A stretch of 64,000 nucleotides of DNA from Octopus sinensis (GCF_006345805.1 NC_043009.1:72230001-72294000), one strand, 5' to 3'; positions 26,397 through 38,140 are shown, counted from the first letter of the stretch. The notes: generated from the letters alone by a model not told the origin. Made by a program: numbers and translations.

Positions 26397-26589
26397 TTAA
26401 AGAAAACAGTCTTTTAACATAAAATTGCCTGCTGACTGAGAAAAGACCTAACACAGGATAAAACTTCTTACAAAAGGTATGAGACACTAACAGAGCAAAT
26501 GTCTTTTAACAGTAAAAGTTCTAGTAATAGAGATATTTAGATAGCTCGCTCTCTCTCTCTATTTGTATGTATATGTGTGCATATGTCTG

Positions 26590-27050
26590 TGAAAGTGCAT
26601 GGCTTAGTGGTTAGAGCATCAAGCTCACAACCATGAGGTTGTGAGTTTGTTTCTTGAATGGGCTGTGTGTTGTGTTCTTGAGTAAGACACTTATTTCACA
26701 TTGCTCCAGTTCGTTCAGCTGTATTAATGAGTTGTGACATCACTAGTACCAAGCTGTATCGGCCTATGCCTTTCCCTTGGACTACAACAGTGGTATAGCG
26801 AGGGTGGCTGGTATGCATGGGCAACTGCTGGTCTTCCATAAACAACCTTACTTCGGAGGGGAAATTACTAGGGGCAATCCCATAGTCATTTGTAACCGAA
26901 GGAATTCTTTATCCTTTATGTGCGTGTATATGTATAAAAGTGGAGGCACATGGCTGAGTGGTTAGAGCAGTGGACTTGCGGGTTTGAATCTCAGACTGGG
27001 CATTGTATATGTGTTTATGAGCGAAACACCTAAGCTTCACACACCAGCTA
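26590..27050 (+). mobile_element. Two degenerate tRNA-derived SINE copies (about 26590-26900 and 26940-27050)
   Basis: Heads catggcttagtggttagagca and ggaggcacatggctgagtggttagagcagtgg; the second matches the 47312-47620 family. Confidence 0.55.
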
Positions 27051-27251
27051 ATAAATACGTACTTCAAATCTGACTAGAATTATAAAATTATAGAATTATT
27101 TTGATTGTTAATTGTTTAAATCACTTTCCATTGCTTTCGGTTTTTTACACGCGTAACAATTAAGAAAAAAAATATTAGGGTTAGGGTTAGTTACAGGATG
27201 TTGTCTCAGTTTTAGACGCAGCAAATGATTTTAGCTCAAAAGAGAGCATAG

Positions 27252-27412
27252 GATTGGTTAAAATTTGAAAAATTAAACTGTTAAACAAATTACAATTTTC
27301 TCAAGAAAGCCAAGAGAAAAAATTGTTTTATTTTGACACATTCTACCAGTATACGAAGTTTTAAAGTGTTTAGTTAACTAGAAATTGTCTGCCGTTCAAA
27401 AGGAAAAGATCC
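27252..27412 (-). repeat. Unclassified ~190-bp interspersed repeat ending in CCAAT (copy 1 of 3)
   Basis: Reverse complement aligns with 30726-30910 and 49327-49520 (ggatcttttcc..tttgaacggca..taactaaacact..tggtagaatgtgt..aaccaatc). Confidence 0.7.
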
Positions 27413-27674
27413 TTAAAAGATATCCATTTTCTTCAAAGTTTTGACGCAAAACACCGGATTGTGTGAATTTTCCGAAAGTCCTCCCCCAGTTCGTTGGCGC
27501 AAATTTTTGTTTTATATCCATTCTTTTATACCTATCACACATTTTTGGTTTGTTTTGGCGGCCAGGTGTTAAAGTAGTAATTAACGGAATGGAAAGGAGT
27601 TTCAGACAATTCACATAATCCGTCTTTCTCCGCCCCCCCCCCTCATAACTTTTATGAAAATGGATATCTTTTAA
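27413..27674. repeat. MITE/foldback-like segment with ~28-bp imperfect inverted repeats; related motifs recur at 45950-46290 and 47650-47780
   Basis: ttaaaagatatccattttcttcaaagtt versus aacttttatgaaaatggatatcttttaa; internal gaattttccgaaagtcctc motif shared with the other sites. Confidence 0.45.
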
Positions 27675-27747
27675 TGAAATTTTGTACAATTATCTTGATT
27701 TAAAAGAAATTGTATGCAAAAAAATGTTTTGAAAATTTGTTCACCTT

Positions 27748-27919
27748 AGGCATAGGAGTAGCTGTATGGTAAGCAGCTTGCTTACAAACAACAAGGTTCC
27801 GGGTTCAGTCCCACTGCATGGCACTTTGGGCAAGTGTCTTCTACTATAGCTTCGAGGCGACCAAAGCATTGTGAATGGATTTGGTAGACGGAAACTGAAA
27901 GAAGCCCGTCGTATATATG

Positions 27920-27966
<47 letters not shown>

Positions 27967-28165
27967 ATGTTTGTGTTTTTGTCCTGCCAACATCACTTGA
28001 CAACCGATGCTGGTGTGTTTACGTTCCCGTAACTTAGCGGTTCAGCAAAAGAGACCGATAGAATAAGTACTAGGCTTACAAAGAATAAGTCCTGGGGTCG
28101 ATTTGCTCGACTAAAGGCGGTGCTTCAGCATGGCCACAGTCAAATGACTGAAACAAGTAAAAGAG
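27748..28165 (+). mobile_element. Full-length tRNA-derived SINE with internal (TA)n(TG)n and CR1-like tail
   Basis: Head ggagtagctgtatggtaag..ggttccgggttcagtccc, body gggcaagtgtcttc..ttggtagacggaaactg, tail cagcatggccacagtcaaatgactgaaacaagtaaaagag; collinear with 53821-54250 and 45425-45800. Confidence 0.85.
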
Positions 28166-28395
28166 TTACCACTTTGGACTGATTTTGGGAGTAATGTCTG
28201 ACTTTCGCTGTTGATCAAGGAAAACGTGCTTGCTGCAGTGATCCAAGAATTTTGCCTCTAACATCGCAATACGAGAAGGCAGGAGCAAGGGCAGAGAAAA
28301 GTATGCTATTAAAATGAATTATTGTTTACATAATTGACAACCCGAAGATTTAACTGCCTTGATTCGACGGGAAGAGTTGAGTGTCGCTCCATGAT

Positions 28396-28471
28396 GGGTG
28401 AGAGTTCAATCTCTGGTTCAATCACACTGAATACAAATATTGTATGATTGAGCCGGAGATTGAACTCACCC
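28396..28471 (+). ncRNA. Pre-miRNA-like 76-nt hairpin (candidate only)
   Basis: Arms 28396-28424 and 28445-28471 pair over 27 bp with one 2-nt bulge; both non-Watson-Crick pairs are G-U on the + strand. Confidence 0.3.
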
Positions 28472-28562
28472 CCTTGTGTACCCCCAAACGCTTACACCCA
28501 CCCATCCATTAACCCGAATGAAAATGAAGAATCTTAAAACTATATTTTCCCACTTAATTTAA

Positions 28563-29348
28563 TTCCGTTTACGTCAGACTATTTTTTTTTTAAACTTGTC
28601 TTTGCCGAGCCAAATTATGACAGATTGCACGACAAACGTTAAATCTCTCTTGTCCTCCTCTTCTGGCATCACTTAATTAGCTACCATGTTTCCTAATTGT
28701 GCTGAATGCAATTTAAGGTCTTGCTCTACCTTTCTCCAATTTCACAAAGATGTTTTATTGACAAACTCGTTGTTTTATTGTTTTTAGCATTACATTCTCA
28801 CCGGAACTCTCACCACTTGTTGCCTTTGTTTAATTTTGTTAATCATTTGTCCTGTCTATAGTTTCCGTCCATGGACCCGTATGTCAATGGTAAGTGAAAA
28901 TTAAGATTCTTAATCTCAACTTTTCCTACTGATTTTTTTCTGTTTACGTCTGACTATTTGTTAAAACTTGTCCTTCCTGTCGTGCCAAGTTATATCAGTT
29001 TGTTCTAGAAATGCACGACAAACGTTAAATCTCTTTCGTCCACCTCAAAATCATTAAAATCTTTCATTAGCGTATTCTTTTGGTATCACTTAATTAGCCA
29101 CCATATAATATAATGTAAATGTTTCGTAACTGCTCTACCTTTCTCCAATTTCACAGCAATGAATCAGACACAAAGATGTTTTATTGACAGACACTAATAC
29201 CACCATAAACGTTGTATTTAGCATTACACTCTCACCGAAATATCACCTGAACTCTCACCACTTTTGATTCTCAACTCATAAAAACACCCCGTTTGCTCTT
29301 AACCCGTTGCCTTTGTTTAATTTTGTTAATCATTGTCCTATCTGTAGA
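28563..29348. repeat. Diverged tandem duplication (about 28563-28862 and 28942-29348)
   Basis: Shared blocks in the same order: gtttacgtc.gactattt, tgcacgacaaacgttaaatctct, tgctctacctttctccaatttcaca, gttgcctttgtttaattttgttaatcatt. Confidence 0.75.
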
Positions 29349-29352
29349 TTAA

Positions 29353-30428
29353 CCCTTTCGTTACTATATTTCTGACCAAATTACACCCCTTATGTGTTTC
29401 AATTAATTTCTAACGTAATCATAAATTTAGTCTGGTTTCATTAAACAACTATAACTTTTTTATTTATCGATATATCAATCTGATTTTTGGAAGATAATTT
29501 AATGAAATATTCTCAACCAATTCTATATTATAATTTTTGTTACAAAGTGACTCTAATTGCAGGTAGATACAGGTAAATTCCACAAAATATAAAATTATAA
29601 AAATTTTGTTCAAACATCGCTATAGAAAATGGGTTATTAGCTAATATTCCATTGGGTATATAACAAAATTTTACGATAGAATTTGTTATTCTGGGTAACT
29701 TTCTGATACCCATAATAATATTTACGGCAAAATAGTCTTAATTTCATTTAAGGTTGAGGGAAACCACAAACTATCGTTTCTTTTGCTTTGTTTACGTTTA
29801 GCGTAACGGTTCGTCTCCGCTGTAATGATTTCAAATAGGCTCATTCGAAAAAGTAAAAAGAAATAGTCTAAGGCTTTACTCTTCTGGGAAAGTCTGTGGC
29901 TTGGTCCAGTTTCTTCAGAGAAATCACCGAAAGAAACAGTTTTTAAATTTTCACTCGATTCAGGTGCCAATTCGTTTTCTTTATCGCTATCGGAGATCTC
30001 AGATTCACTGTTTTCACTTTCGGAAAATGAAACATCAGATTCATTATCAAATACCACATGCTTTTTTTTTTCAGTCATAGAGTTAGATTTATGAAGGTCT
30101 TCAGTAGTAAATCCTTCGAATTCTGACTCACTGCTTGATATAATGAAATTCGTATCCATTTTTTGTCAGAATTACAAATTTTGAAAACACAATAGGAACA
30201 AATTTCGGAAAAAAATCTCCCAAAATTCACGGAATTAAAATTATACTTCGATTATTGTACAAAACTGTAGTTGAACTGTTTACGAAGTATAATACGTGTT
30301 TTCACGAATGTACTGAAGAGATTTGCTCTGATATTCTCATTTAAATATGAATAGGTAAATTCGGGCGGCTTTGGGCGGTTTGGTTTCATAAACAAAAATT
30401 TTGTTCGGGCGGCTTGGTAACGAAAGGG
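29353..30428 (-). mobile_element. Internally deleted (non-autonomous) piggyBac element, 1076 bp
   Basis: TTAA at 29349-29352 and 30429-30432; perfect 12-bp TIR ccctttcgttac/gtaacgaaaggg; subterminal ttcgggcggct repeats; transposase N-terminus inside. Confidence 0.9.
29722..30159 (-). pseudogene. Uninterrupted 145-aa N-terminal piece of a piggyBac transposase
   Basis: Acidic Ser-rich N-terminus (ESEFEGF..SESENSESE), then ALDYFFLLF..FEIITAETNRYA..W..T.NEIK, typical of the start of the piggyBac DDE domain; catalytic core absent. Confidence 0.8.
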
Positions 30429-30519
30429 TTAAGATTATTGTCTGTGATTGCCGCTTTAATTTTGTTAACCCTTCTAGGCCTCAGTCCAATGACTGAAACA
30501 AGTAGAAAGTAAAAGTGTT

Positions 30520-30720
30520 ATCTTATATCGTTTACTTGTTTCATTCACTAGACTGCGACCATACTGGGGCACCGCATCAAAGGTTTTGGTCAAATTGTAA
30601 ACAAACCAACACTGGTTGTCAAGTGGTGGTGGGACACAGATACACACTCGCGCACGACAGGCTTCTCAGTTTTCGCCAACTCACAAGGCTTTTGTCAGCC
30701 ACGGTTCCTATTATATACAG
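30520..30720 (-). mobile_element. Partial SINE (27748 family), tail to tail with another SINE tail at about 30480-30515
   Basis: tacttgtttca..gaccatactggggcaccgc and cttctcagttttcgcc are reverse complements of family motifs. Confidence 0.5.
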
Positions 30721-30725
30721 AAGAC

Positions 30726-30910
30726 GGATCTTTTCCTTTTGAACGGCACTTTTCAACACAATTTCTAGTTAACTAAACACTTTTAAACTTTGTATACTGG
30801 TAGAATGTGTTTATAAAACATCATTTTTTCTTGGCTTTATTGAGAAAATTCTATATGTTGTAACATATTTCGTCTTTAATTTCGAGCATTTCGGCAATTT
30901 TAACCAATCG
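30726..30910 (+). repeat. CCAAT-ended interspersed repeat (copy 2 of 3)
   Basis: Aligns with 27252-27412 (rc) and 49327-49520. Confidence 0.7.
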
Positions 30911-30988
30911 CTGATGTCCATTTAGGTAAATAACATTCTGTGCATAATGAATATATCCCTCCTTTAAGAAACAGATTGGGTTTATTTA

Positions 30989-33050
30989 TGTACAGTCACC
31001 GGAAGTAACTTGCACGGACACCGGAAATACATCTGCCATCAACAGAGAAAACAAAGCAACTACTCCCAGCGACTTGCCTGACCTTTCATTGGACAAAACC
31101 TACCTACCTGCCATTCTATTGGACACTGGCTAAACATCACTGCTGATATTTTTGTATAAATAGACATCATAAATCGCTGTAAAGCAGTTGGCCTTTTGGC
31201 ACTGGACTGATGTAAATCGTGTCCCTCTCGCCTGCCACGCTCGCCACTCACGCCGCCTCGAACCTTTGTACTGCCATTTCACGCCTGAAATAACTCGCTG
31301 TATAAACTTACACCTCTTATCTGCTCGTCATTTCAACTACTGCTTTCGTCTGTCCAGTTTTGCTGATTACGACCACAGTCATTCTCAGAGCTAATTCAAG
31401 TCTGATCTGAATGCGATAACAGTCCTTTTTAGGACTATTCTTGGATTGGATCTAATTGTGATAACCGTCCTTTTAAGGGCTACCCTCAGATCAGAACAGA
31501 AGTAGTGGCCAAGAATCATACCCGCTACAATTGGTGACCCCGACAACGAATCAAGCGAACAGCATATCAAGAATCAGCATGGACACGCCAAAACCAACAA
31601 CAGAGGCTGATATACCAACCACGCAAGCAGCTTTAACCATGAAGGTCCCTGTTTTTTTGGTCCAACGACCCAGCCCTGTGGTTCGCCCACATAGAAGCAC
31701 AATTTGCCGCGAATAGAATCAAGCATGACTCTGCAAAACTCATGCACATCATTAGGTCAGTCCCACCAGAAGGAATTAATGATGCGAACTACCGCATCAC
31801 AGCAGAGACGACTCAACCAACTTGTGTCTGCAGAAAAGTTGGGGGACAGAAAACTGTCCAAACTGCTGCGTAAAATGAGACAGCTGATGGAGGACCAACC
31901 GCTGTCAGAAGAGGTCCTGAAACAGCTTTATCTACAGCGCCTGCCCTTACCAATGCAGGGCATTCTGGCGTCGACCAACGACACAGCAACCCCGGAGGAA
32001 CTTGCGCGTGTTGCAGATAGAATCGCTGAGGTGTCAAACCCCTTTCCTTCTGTGGCACAAATCAACCATCGGACGAACCCTTTCAAAGCGTCCTTAGACT
32101 CTACCTCCGGGATTGCAGAACTGCGAGCTATGATCAGAGAGCAGGCTGGTCAAATTAAAGTCCTCACAAACAAGCTAGAAAACTGGACCTTGGAAACACA
32201 CTGGCGGCGCAGCAACAGTTCATAAAGTCCACTCACCGTCGAAGATCCAGAAGTCCCAGTCAAAATCGTGTGTCTGGCAACATCTGCTGGTATCACTCAG
32301 AATTCGGCGCACGGGCATCTAAGTGCAAGTCCCCGTGCTCTTTCCTGAATACCCCCCAGGGAAATGGGTAGACCAGGGCCTAGCGACGACGTTCACCCCT
32401 GGTACTGAGAAATTCTGACTTTCGGTGAGAAATCACTGACCCTGAAGCGTCGTTTCCAGTTCATTTTCGTCATGGCAGACCTACCAACCCCTATCTTAGG
32501 AACCGATTTTCTCCACCACTTCAACCTTCTGGTGGACATGAAGAACTGGAGGCTTATTGACACCACCACAAACCTCACTGTGAGAGGTATATTTACCACG
32601 CAACCGACAGTGAGCCCTGTAATCTGTCAGTCAGAGCCTTCGCGTTACAACAGCATTCTCCAGAAATATCCAGACATCACTCGCCCGGTATGTAAAGATG
32701 GACCCATTAAACATCGTGTCACACATCACATCGAGACACGAGGACCACCCACAGCTGCCCGACAAAAGGTACGTCACGTAATACGATGTCAATGAACTGT
32801 TGAAAAGTTTGTGCAGCGTTGCGCAGACCGAACAGCATTCGCAGGAATTTGAATAAACCGAAGTGTTGTGATTGCCGTCTTTGGAATATCAGCAGGCTCC
32901 ACATGTATCTGGTTATATGCCCGCACCAAATCTATCTTAGAAAAGATGCGTGCGCCTTGCAGGGGCAGAAAAATCGTGCAAGTGAGGTACAGGGTAATTA
33001 TCGGGCACTGTGGTATTGTTGAGTGCACGATAATCCCCAAAATTTCAGAC
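30989..33050 (+). mobile_element. Truncated Ty3/Gypsy LTR retrotransposon: 5' LTR (about 30989-31529), tRNA-Trp PBS, gag, partial protease, inverted RT fragment
   Basis: LTR TG..CA; PBS TGGTGACCCCGAC at 31532-31544; gag KVPVFWSNDPALWFAHIEAQF (one frameshift), QLVSAEKLGDRK..YLQRLP, CWYH..C; ADLPTPILGTDFL; minus-strand [25 protein letters not shown]-like RT. Left LTR edge is uncertain. Confidence 0.85.
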
Positions 33051-33884
33051 CCTGGGCCTATAGTGGGAAGGGATTATTATTATTATTGCTACTACTGATC
33101 ATCAGGTTCCCCTGTTCCCAACACGCTCTGTGTAGAGTTCAGTACACCATTGGCTGATATGGCAGAAGTATGCCCTGAGACTATATTCTGTGTAGAAATT
33201 TCTGGATGCTAAGCTGATGTGGTCAGAGATGTTTTTGTCCAGCTTCTTTGACAGAGCTACAGTCCTCTGTCCAATAAAGACCAAAACTGGACACTTGTTA
33301 TTTGGAATGTGGTCAAGTATTCACAGTTCTCTAACAGTCTGGCAATGCAGTTAGTAACAGGTGAGCCCTTTCATTCTTGTGAGTGGATTTGGTAGATGGA
33401 AACTAAAAGAAGCTCATCACGTGTGTGTGTGTGTCTTTGTCTTGACAACATTATAAATGAATGTTATTCATTTCCAAAATGCAAAACCATGTCAGACCAT
33501 GGAGAAATATCACCTTACTTGGAAACACATGAGGGTTGGCTACAGGAAGGGCATCCAGCCATAAAAAACCCTGCCTCAGTTAACCCCCATCTCCTCTATG
33601 CAAGGATGGGAAAGTGAATTTCAAAAAGGATGATTATGATATACATGTAATTGTTTCAATGTCTCGTTTTGGGGAATTGGTTTCATTTTTGGATTTGGTT
33701 TGCAAGATTCTTTATATGAGTTCGTGTGTTGAAGCATATTCTGTTGTGTCTGGGGAGAGCCATTTTCTTTTTGTGACTTATTATTTAACACACTCACTAT
33801 TAAAATTTCCACTTTTTTCTTATTTTTATTTCCTAACATTTTCGTTGCGTCTTGCAACCTTTTCAATAGTCTTGACTCTGTCCC

Positions 33885-34270
33885 TTATTTACACTGCGTT
33901 CCCTTTTGTTTGTTTGTGCGCATGTGTGCCTGTGCATGCATAGGTATATATGTGTGTGCATCTGTATGTATGTATTCTGCATATTTATGTGCTTGCATGT
34001 CTGTTTGTGTATTTTTTATGTATGTGTGTGTGTGTTTGTATATGTATGCACTTCTCTCTCCATGTGTGGACACGTGTCTCCATGTGTCCTTGTGTGAAGT
34101 AAAGTGTGTGTATATATGGTCATGTGTTTCAGTTTCCATTTGCGTATGTGTGCTTGTTTGTTCATATAACCTATCCATCTGTACGTTGATCTGTTTTATT
34201 TTCATATCCATATGCTTACATATATTTGCATATATACATATATACCCACACACACACATACATCTATCTA
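33885..34270. repeat. Degenerate (TG)/(TA) low-complexity microsatellite tract
   Basis: Continuous tgtgtg/tatatg-type sequence; overlapping ORFs are C/V/M/Y or H/T/I biased. Confidence 0.85.
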
Positions 34271-34799
34271 CGTAACAGTCCACTAACTATTCTACTCTAC
34301 CTGTGTAAATTGTGGGTGTGGGGGTATGTTTCAATGTCTATTTTTCCTTTTTCTTATATATATAAATGTGGTAACAGTGTGAATGTAACACTTGAATTTG
34401 GTTTCCCAGGCAGCATCAAACCAGCTGAGGAAATCCTTCCTCATCTAAAATACATCTGCAATAATCCTCGGTCGCTCAGCAGACAACCAAGATGTTTGGG
34501 TTGGTGTTCGACAGCATTTTATAGAAACAGGTAATGAGACTGTTGTTGTTGGACAGTCCTGATGGAGTAAACCTTAGACTAAAGGCATTCCAGCCATGAC
34601 CATACCTTCTTTTTACAGAAACAATTATCGCTAAGAGTATATTATCTGAAGAATCTTTCTTTTCTTTAAGATTTGAGGTGCTAATTAAATTTTATATATT
34701 CAAATGAAGTTCAGATATTAAAAAAAATGAGCTTAAAAAAGAATTTATTATATCAAATAAGCAAAGAATATAACATAGACAGGTGAATGAAAAAAATGC

Positions 34800-36990
34800 A
34801 AAGTAAATTTATTGTCTTTTAGAAATTTCCAAATGTATTACATCTTGCATCATTGCTGTCATTAAATAATTTAGCAACTTCGTCCCCCATTCCTGAAAAA
34901 GTGGTGGGGGTACTTGTCCTCTGGTACTTCCCTGAAATAAGACTGTTGATCTCAACCTTATCAGACAAGTCGTCGGATTTGTCCAAACAAGAGTACAAAG
35001 TAGAGTCATCAGCATAGATTATTAGCTGACAGATGATATGATTAGGCGGATTATTGATAAAAAGAAGAGAGTTGGGCTCAGGACAGATCCTTGAGGAACC
35101 CCAGCATTTATAGAATAACTAGATGACCATCTAGGACAACCTTGATCCTACCATCATAAAGGAAAGAGGAGATGATGTTCAGCATAAAACCTGATACACC
35201 AAAGGATAGGAAGTTCCATAGAAGTCCAACATGTCAAACCCTATCTTATACCTTAGAGATATCACGAGAAACTCCCCTAGCTTGACCAGATATATTCAAG
35301 GCACGATGAACATGCTTGGATATAACAGTGAGATCACCAGTTGACCATCCGGCATGGAAACCATTTTGCGAATCGGAGAATAAACAATTTGAGTCAAGAT
35401 ATTTTACAAGAGTCATTAATCAAGGACTCAAAAACTTCACTGATGATTGGTAGCAGACTAGTTAGTCTATAATTATAAGGATTAAATTGATCACCACATT
35501 TCTTAAAGACAGGAACAGCAGTTAGGAATTTCCATAAAGAAAACAAGATTCTAAGACAGACTTTCAGAAGAGCCAAGATAAGATAGAAGACAACTCAGGA
35601 GAGCACTTCTGAAGAACAATAACTGGAATACCATCAAGTCCAGTTGCTTTATATGGATCCAACCATGCCACAATGGCCTTATTTAGAAGTCATATGACAA
35701 CTGTGTAACAGTTTATCAGTTTTGAGAAAAACATCAGGAAGTGGATGACCAGAGTCATTGAGAATATAGAGAGAACTGAAGAGTTGAGCAAAGAGCTCAG
35801 CTTTATCATTGAATGTTGTCAAGACCTCAGATCTGTTGAATAAAGGAGGAATAGAAGACTTCTTGTCACCTCTAACACTTTTAATAATTCTCCAGAAGTC
35901 ACGAGAGCCTGCTTTCTGGGATGATATACGATCATGAATGTGCTGCCCATAGTGTGATTTAGCATCACGAATGACAGCCCAACTGGGATTGCAAGCATTG
36001 GTAAATAGCTGTTTATTCACTGCAGAATTATCTCGCTGAAACTGGTGGGGAAAATGATTATGATGGGTGATAGCAGGAGAAGACCAGGGTGAGGAATGTG
36101 GTTTCAGCTGGTATTTGCGAGCTGGTATGAAGATGTTAATACCAGCAGAAATCCAAGTAGTAACTTCCCCAGCACAGGCCTCAGCAGGTTTAGCAAAAAT
36201 GTCGGTCCAAGGAACGTCACGAAGAAAGCCAAGAAAATTGTCCCATTCACCACAATCATAGCTGAATAGAGCATGATGAATTGGGGATTCCTTGGCAGCA
36301 GAACAATTAAGTGAAATGCCAACTGCAACAGCAACATGATCAAATCCCTGCCAGTAGAGAATCATGACAAACCTTACAGATATCAGGATTTGATGGCAAA
36401 AAGAGATCAAAGAGGGAGGAAGATTGGTCATCGCCATCAGGAATGCGAGTAGGAAAGTCAACGAGTTGTTTGAGCGATTGGGAAAGTGCAAAATTATAGG
36501 CTTCAATGCCAGATGCAGTAGTGCCATGAGAAAACTTAATCCATTCTTCATGACGAATTTTAAAATCACCAAAGACAAATATATTTGCAGACTGTATAAC
36601 AGAACAATTTTGAGAAGATGGAGAACAATAGAGAAAGAACAAGTAGCTAGTTGAGTGCAGAAGAGAAAGCGCATGAAAAGACAGCGGAGGATCCTCAAGA
36701 TCTTTCTCACGAACGATGGGAAGATCGACATGAGCAAAGACGCCCAAGCCATGCATATGATTGTAAGAGTCCTTCTGGTAAAGAGGAAGATAGCTAGGAA
36801 CAACGAAATCATCTGAAATGTCTGAACTGAGATTTGTTGTGCTCAAAGCAAGGATGTGAAAAGAGTTCTGAGCAAAAAATGACTTAACATCTGCAAGATT
36901 AGAACGGAGACCACATACATTGGTGAATGCAATAGTAAAAGGAGCAGGTGATTTAGCTGAGTCTGGTTTGCAATTTTATTTCATGGAGAC
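34800..36990 (-). mobile_element. Decayed CR1-clade LINE (APE and RT)
   Basis: FTNVCGLRSN, SYLPLYQKDS..HMHGLGVF, FFLYCSPSS, FLRDVPWTDIF, KPHSSPW, SLDISKV.DRV, GVPQGSVLSPTLF, YADD-like motif. Confidence 0.8.
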
Positions 36991-37204
36991 TGTCATGATT
37001 GAATTGAATGAAAAAAAAAAGACTAGCCAGGGATGATTTCCACCTTAATTAAGCAAGTAATCAGCTTCCCTGTGGTGTTCCAGCAGCTGCAGGGACAGCC
37101 ACCCATGCGCGTCATGGCACTACAGATACATAGATGGTCTTTTCTGTTTCAGGCACAAGGCCTGAAATTTTGGGGGAGGGGGCCAGTCAATTACATCGAC
37201 CCCT

Positions 37205-37460
37205 GTACACAACCGGTACTTAATATCAGTACAATATTTAAGAGATGAGGAATTATGTGCCTTGTTTACATTTGACAGATATTTGTCAACAAATAAGATG
37301 ACGACAAATATCCGTCAAATGTAAATAATGCGATACTTCATTTATATATTCCGAAAGATGAAAGGCAAAGTTGACCTTGGCAGAATTTGAACTTAGAACA
37401 TAAAGACTGATGAAATACTGCTAAGAATTTCACCCGACATGCTAACCATTCTGCCAGAAA
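37205..37460 (-). mobile_element. tRNA-derived SINE (2728 family)
   Basis: Reverse complement: ctggcagaatggttagcatgtcgggtgaaat..ttctaagttcaaattctgccaaggtcaactttgcctttcatc. Confidence 0.65.
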
Positions 37461-38140
37461 CACTGATATTATACAACTGTCGATAGAGCAGTCTCTCCAT
37501 GTGCCACCGGAGGGTTTAGGCTGCATTCAGGTCACGATTCCTGTGTGCTCTTTCTGATGACACATTTCAGCCACTTGGATATTGTGTGTGTGTGTGAGCT
37601 GTCTTGTCCTCATATCATGGGGGATTTCACCATTGCTGTCTCACAGCATTCTTCGATTTCAATGTTTGGTGTAAACATGTCCAGCCATGGAGAAATATTC
37701 CCTAGCTCAGAAACAGATGAAGATTGGCAACAAGAAGCACATCGAGCAAGATGTACTGCTTTACATCCTTTAGCTTAGCAGTTCAGCAAAGGAAACAGAT
37801 AGAATAAGTACAAGATTATAAAAGAGTATTGAGGTCAATCTATTCAACTGAAACCCTTTGCAGCAGAAACAATGTCAAATGGCATCTTTTATTCCTTCTG
37901 AAATACGTTATAAATGGAAGTGTTGTGAGAGAATGGGTCTTGTGAAGTATTTTATTCCATCATTAGTGGAGCTTGTTCTAAGACACAGCTTCAAGAGTTT
38001 GGTATCATGTGCCATGAGATTTTCTCTTACATTTGCTGTGTGATAATGCATCTGATAAGATTTCTTCCACATACTGACTGATAAAGTTGCAGTTCTCTAT
38101 GTATGCAGAGATGTGCACTTTCTTCTTTTTCGCAAGAGAA

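Noticed and set aside
27175-27190. TTAGGG x2.5 as a telomeric or interstitial telomere array
   Set aside because: Too short, and it sits next to an interspersed repeat
28445-28455. TGATTGAGCCG resembles the start of plant miR171
   Set aside because: Only an 11-nt match in an animal genomic context; coincidence
33885-34534. Several Cys/Val/His-rich ORFs
   Set aside because: Translations of TG/TA microsatellite sequence
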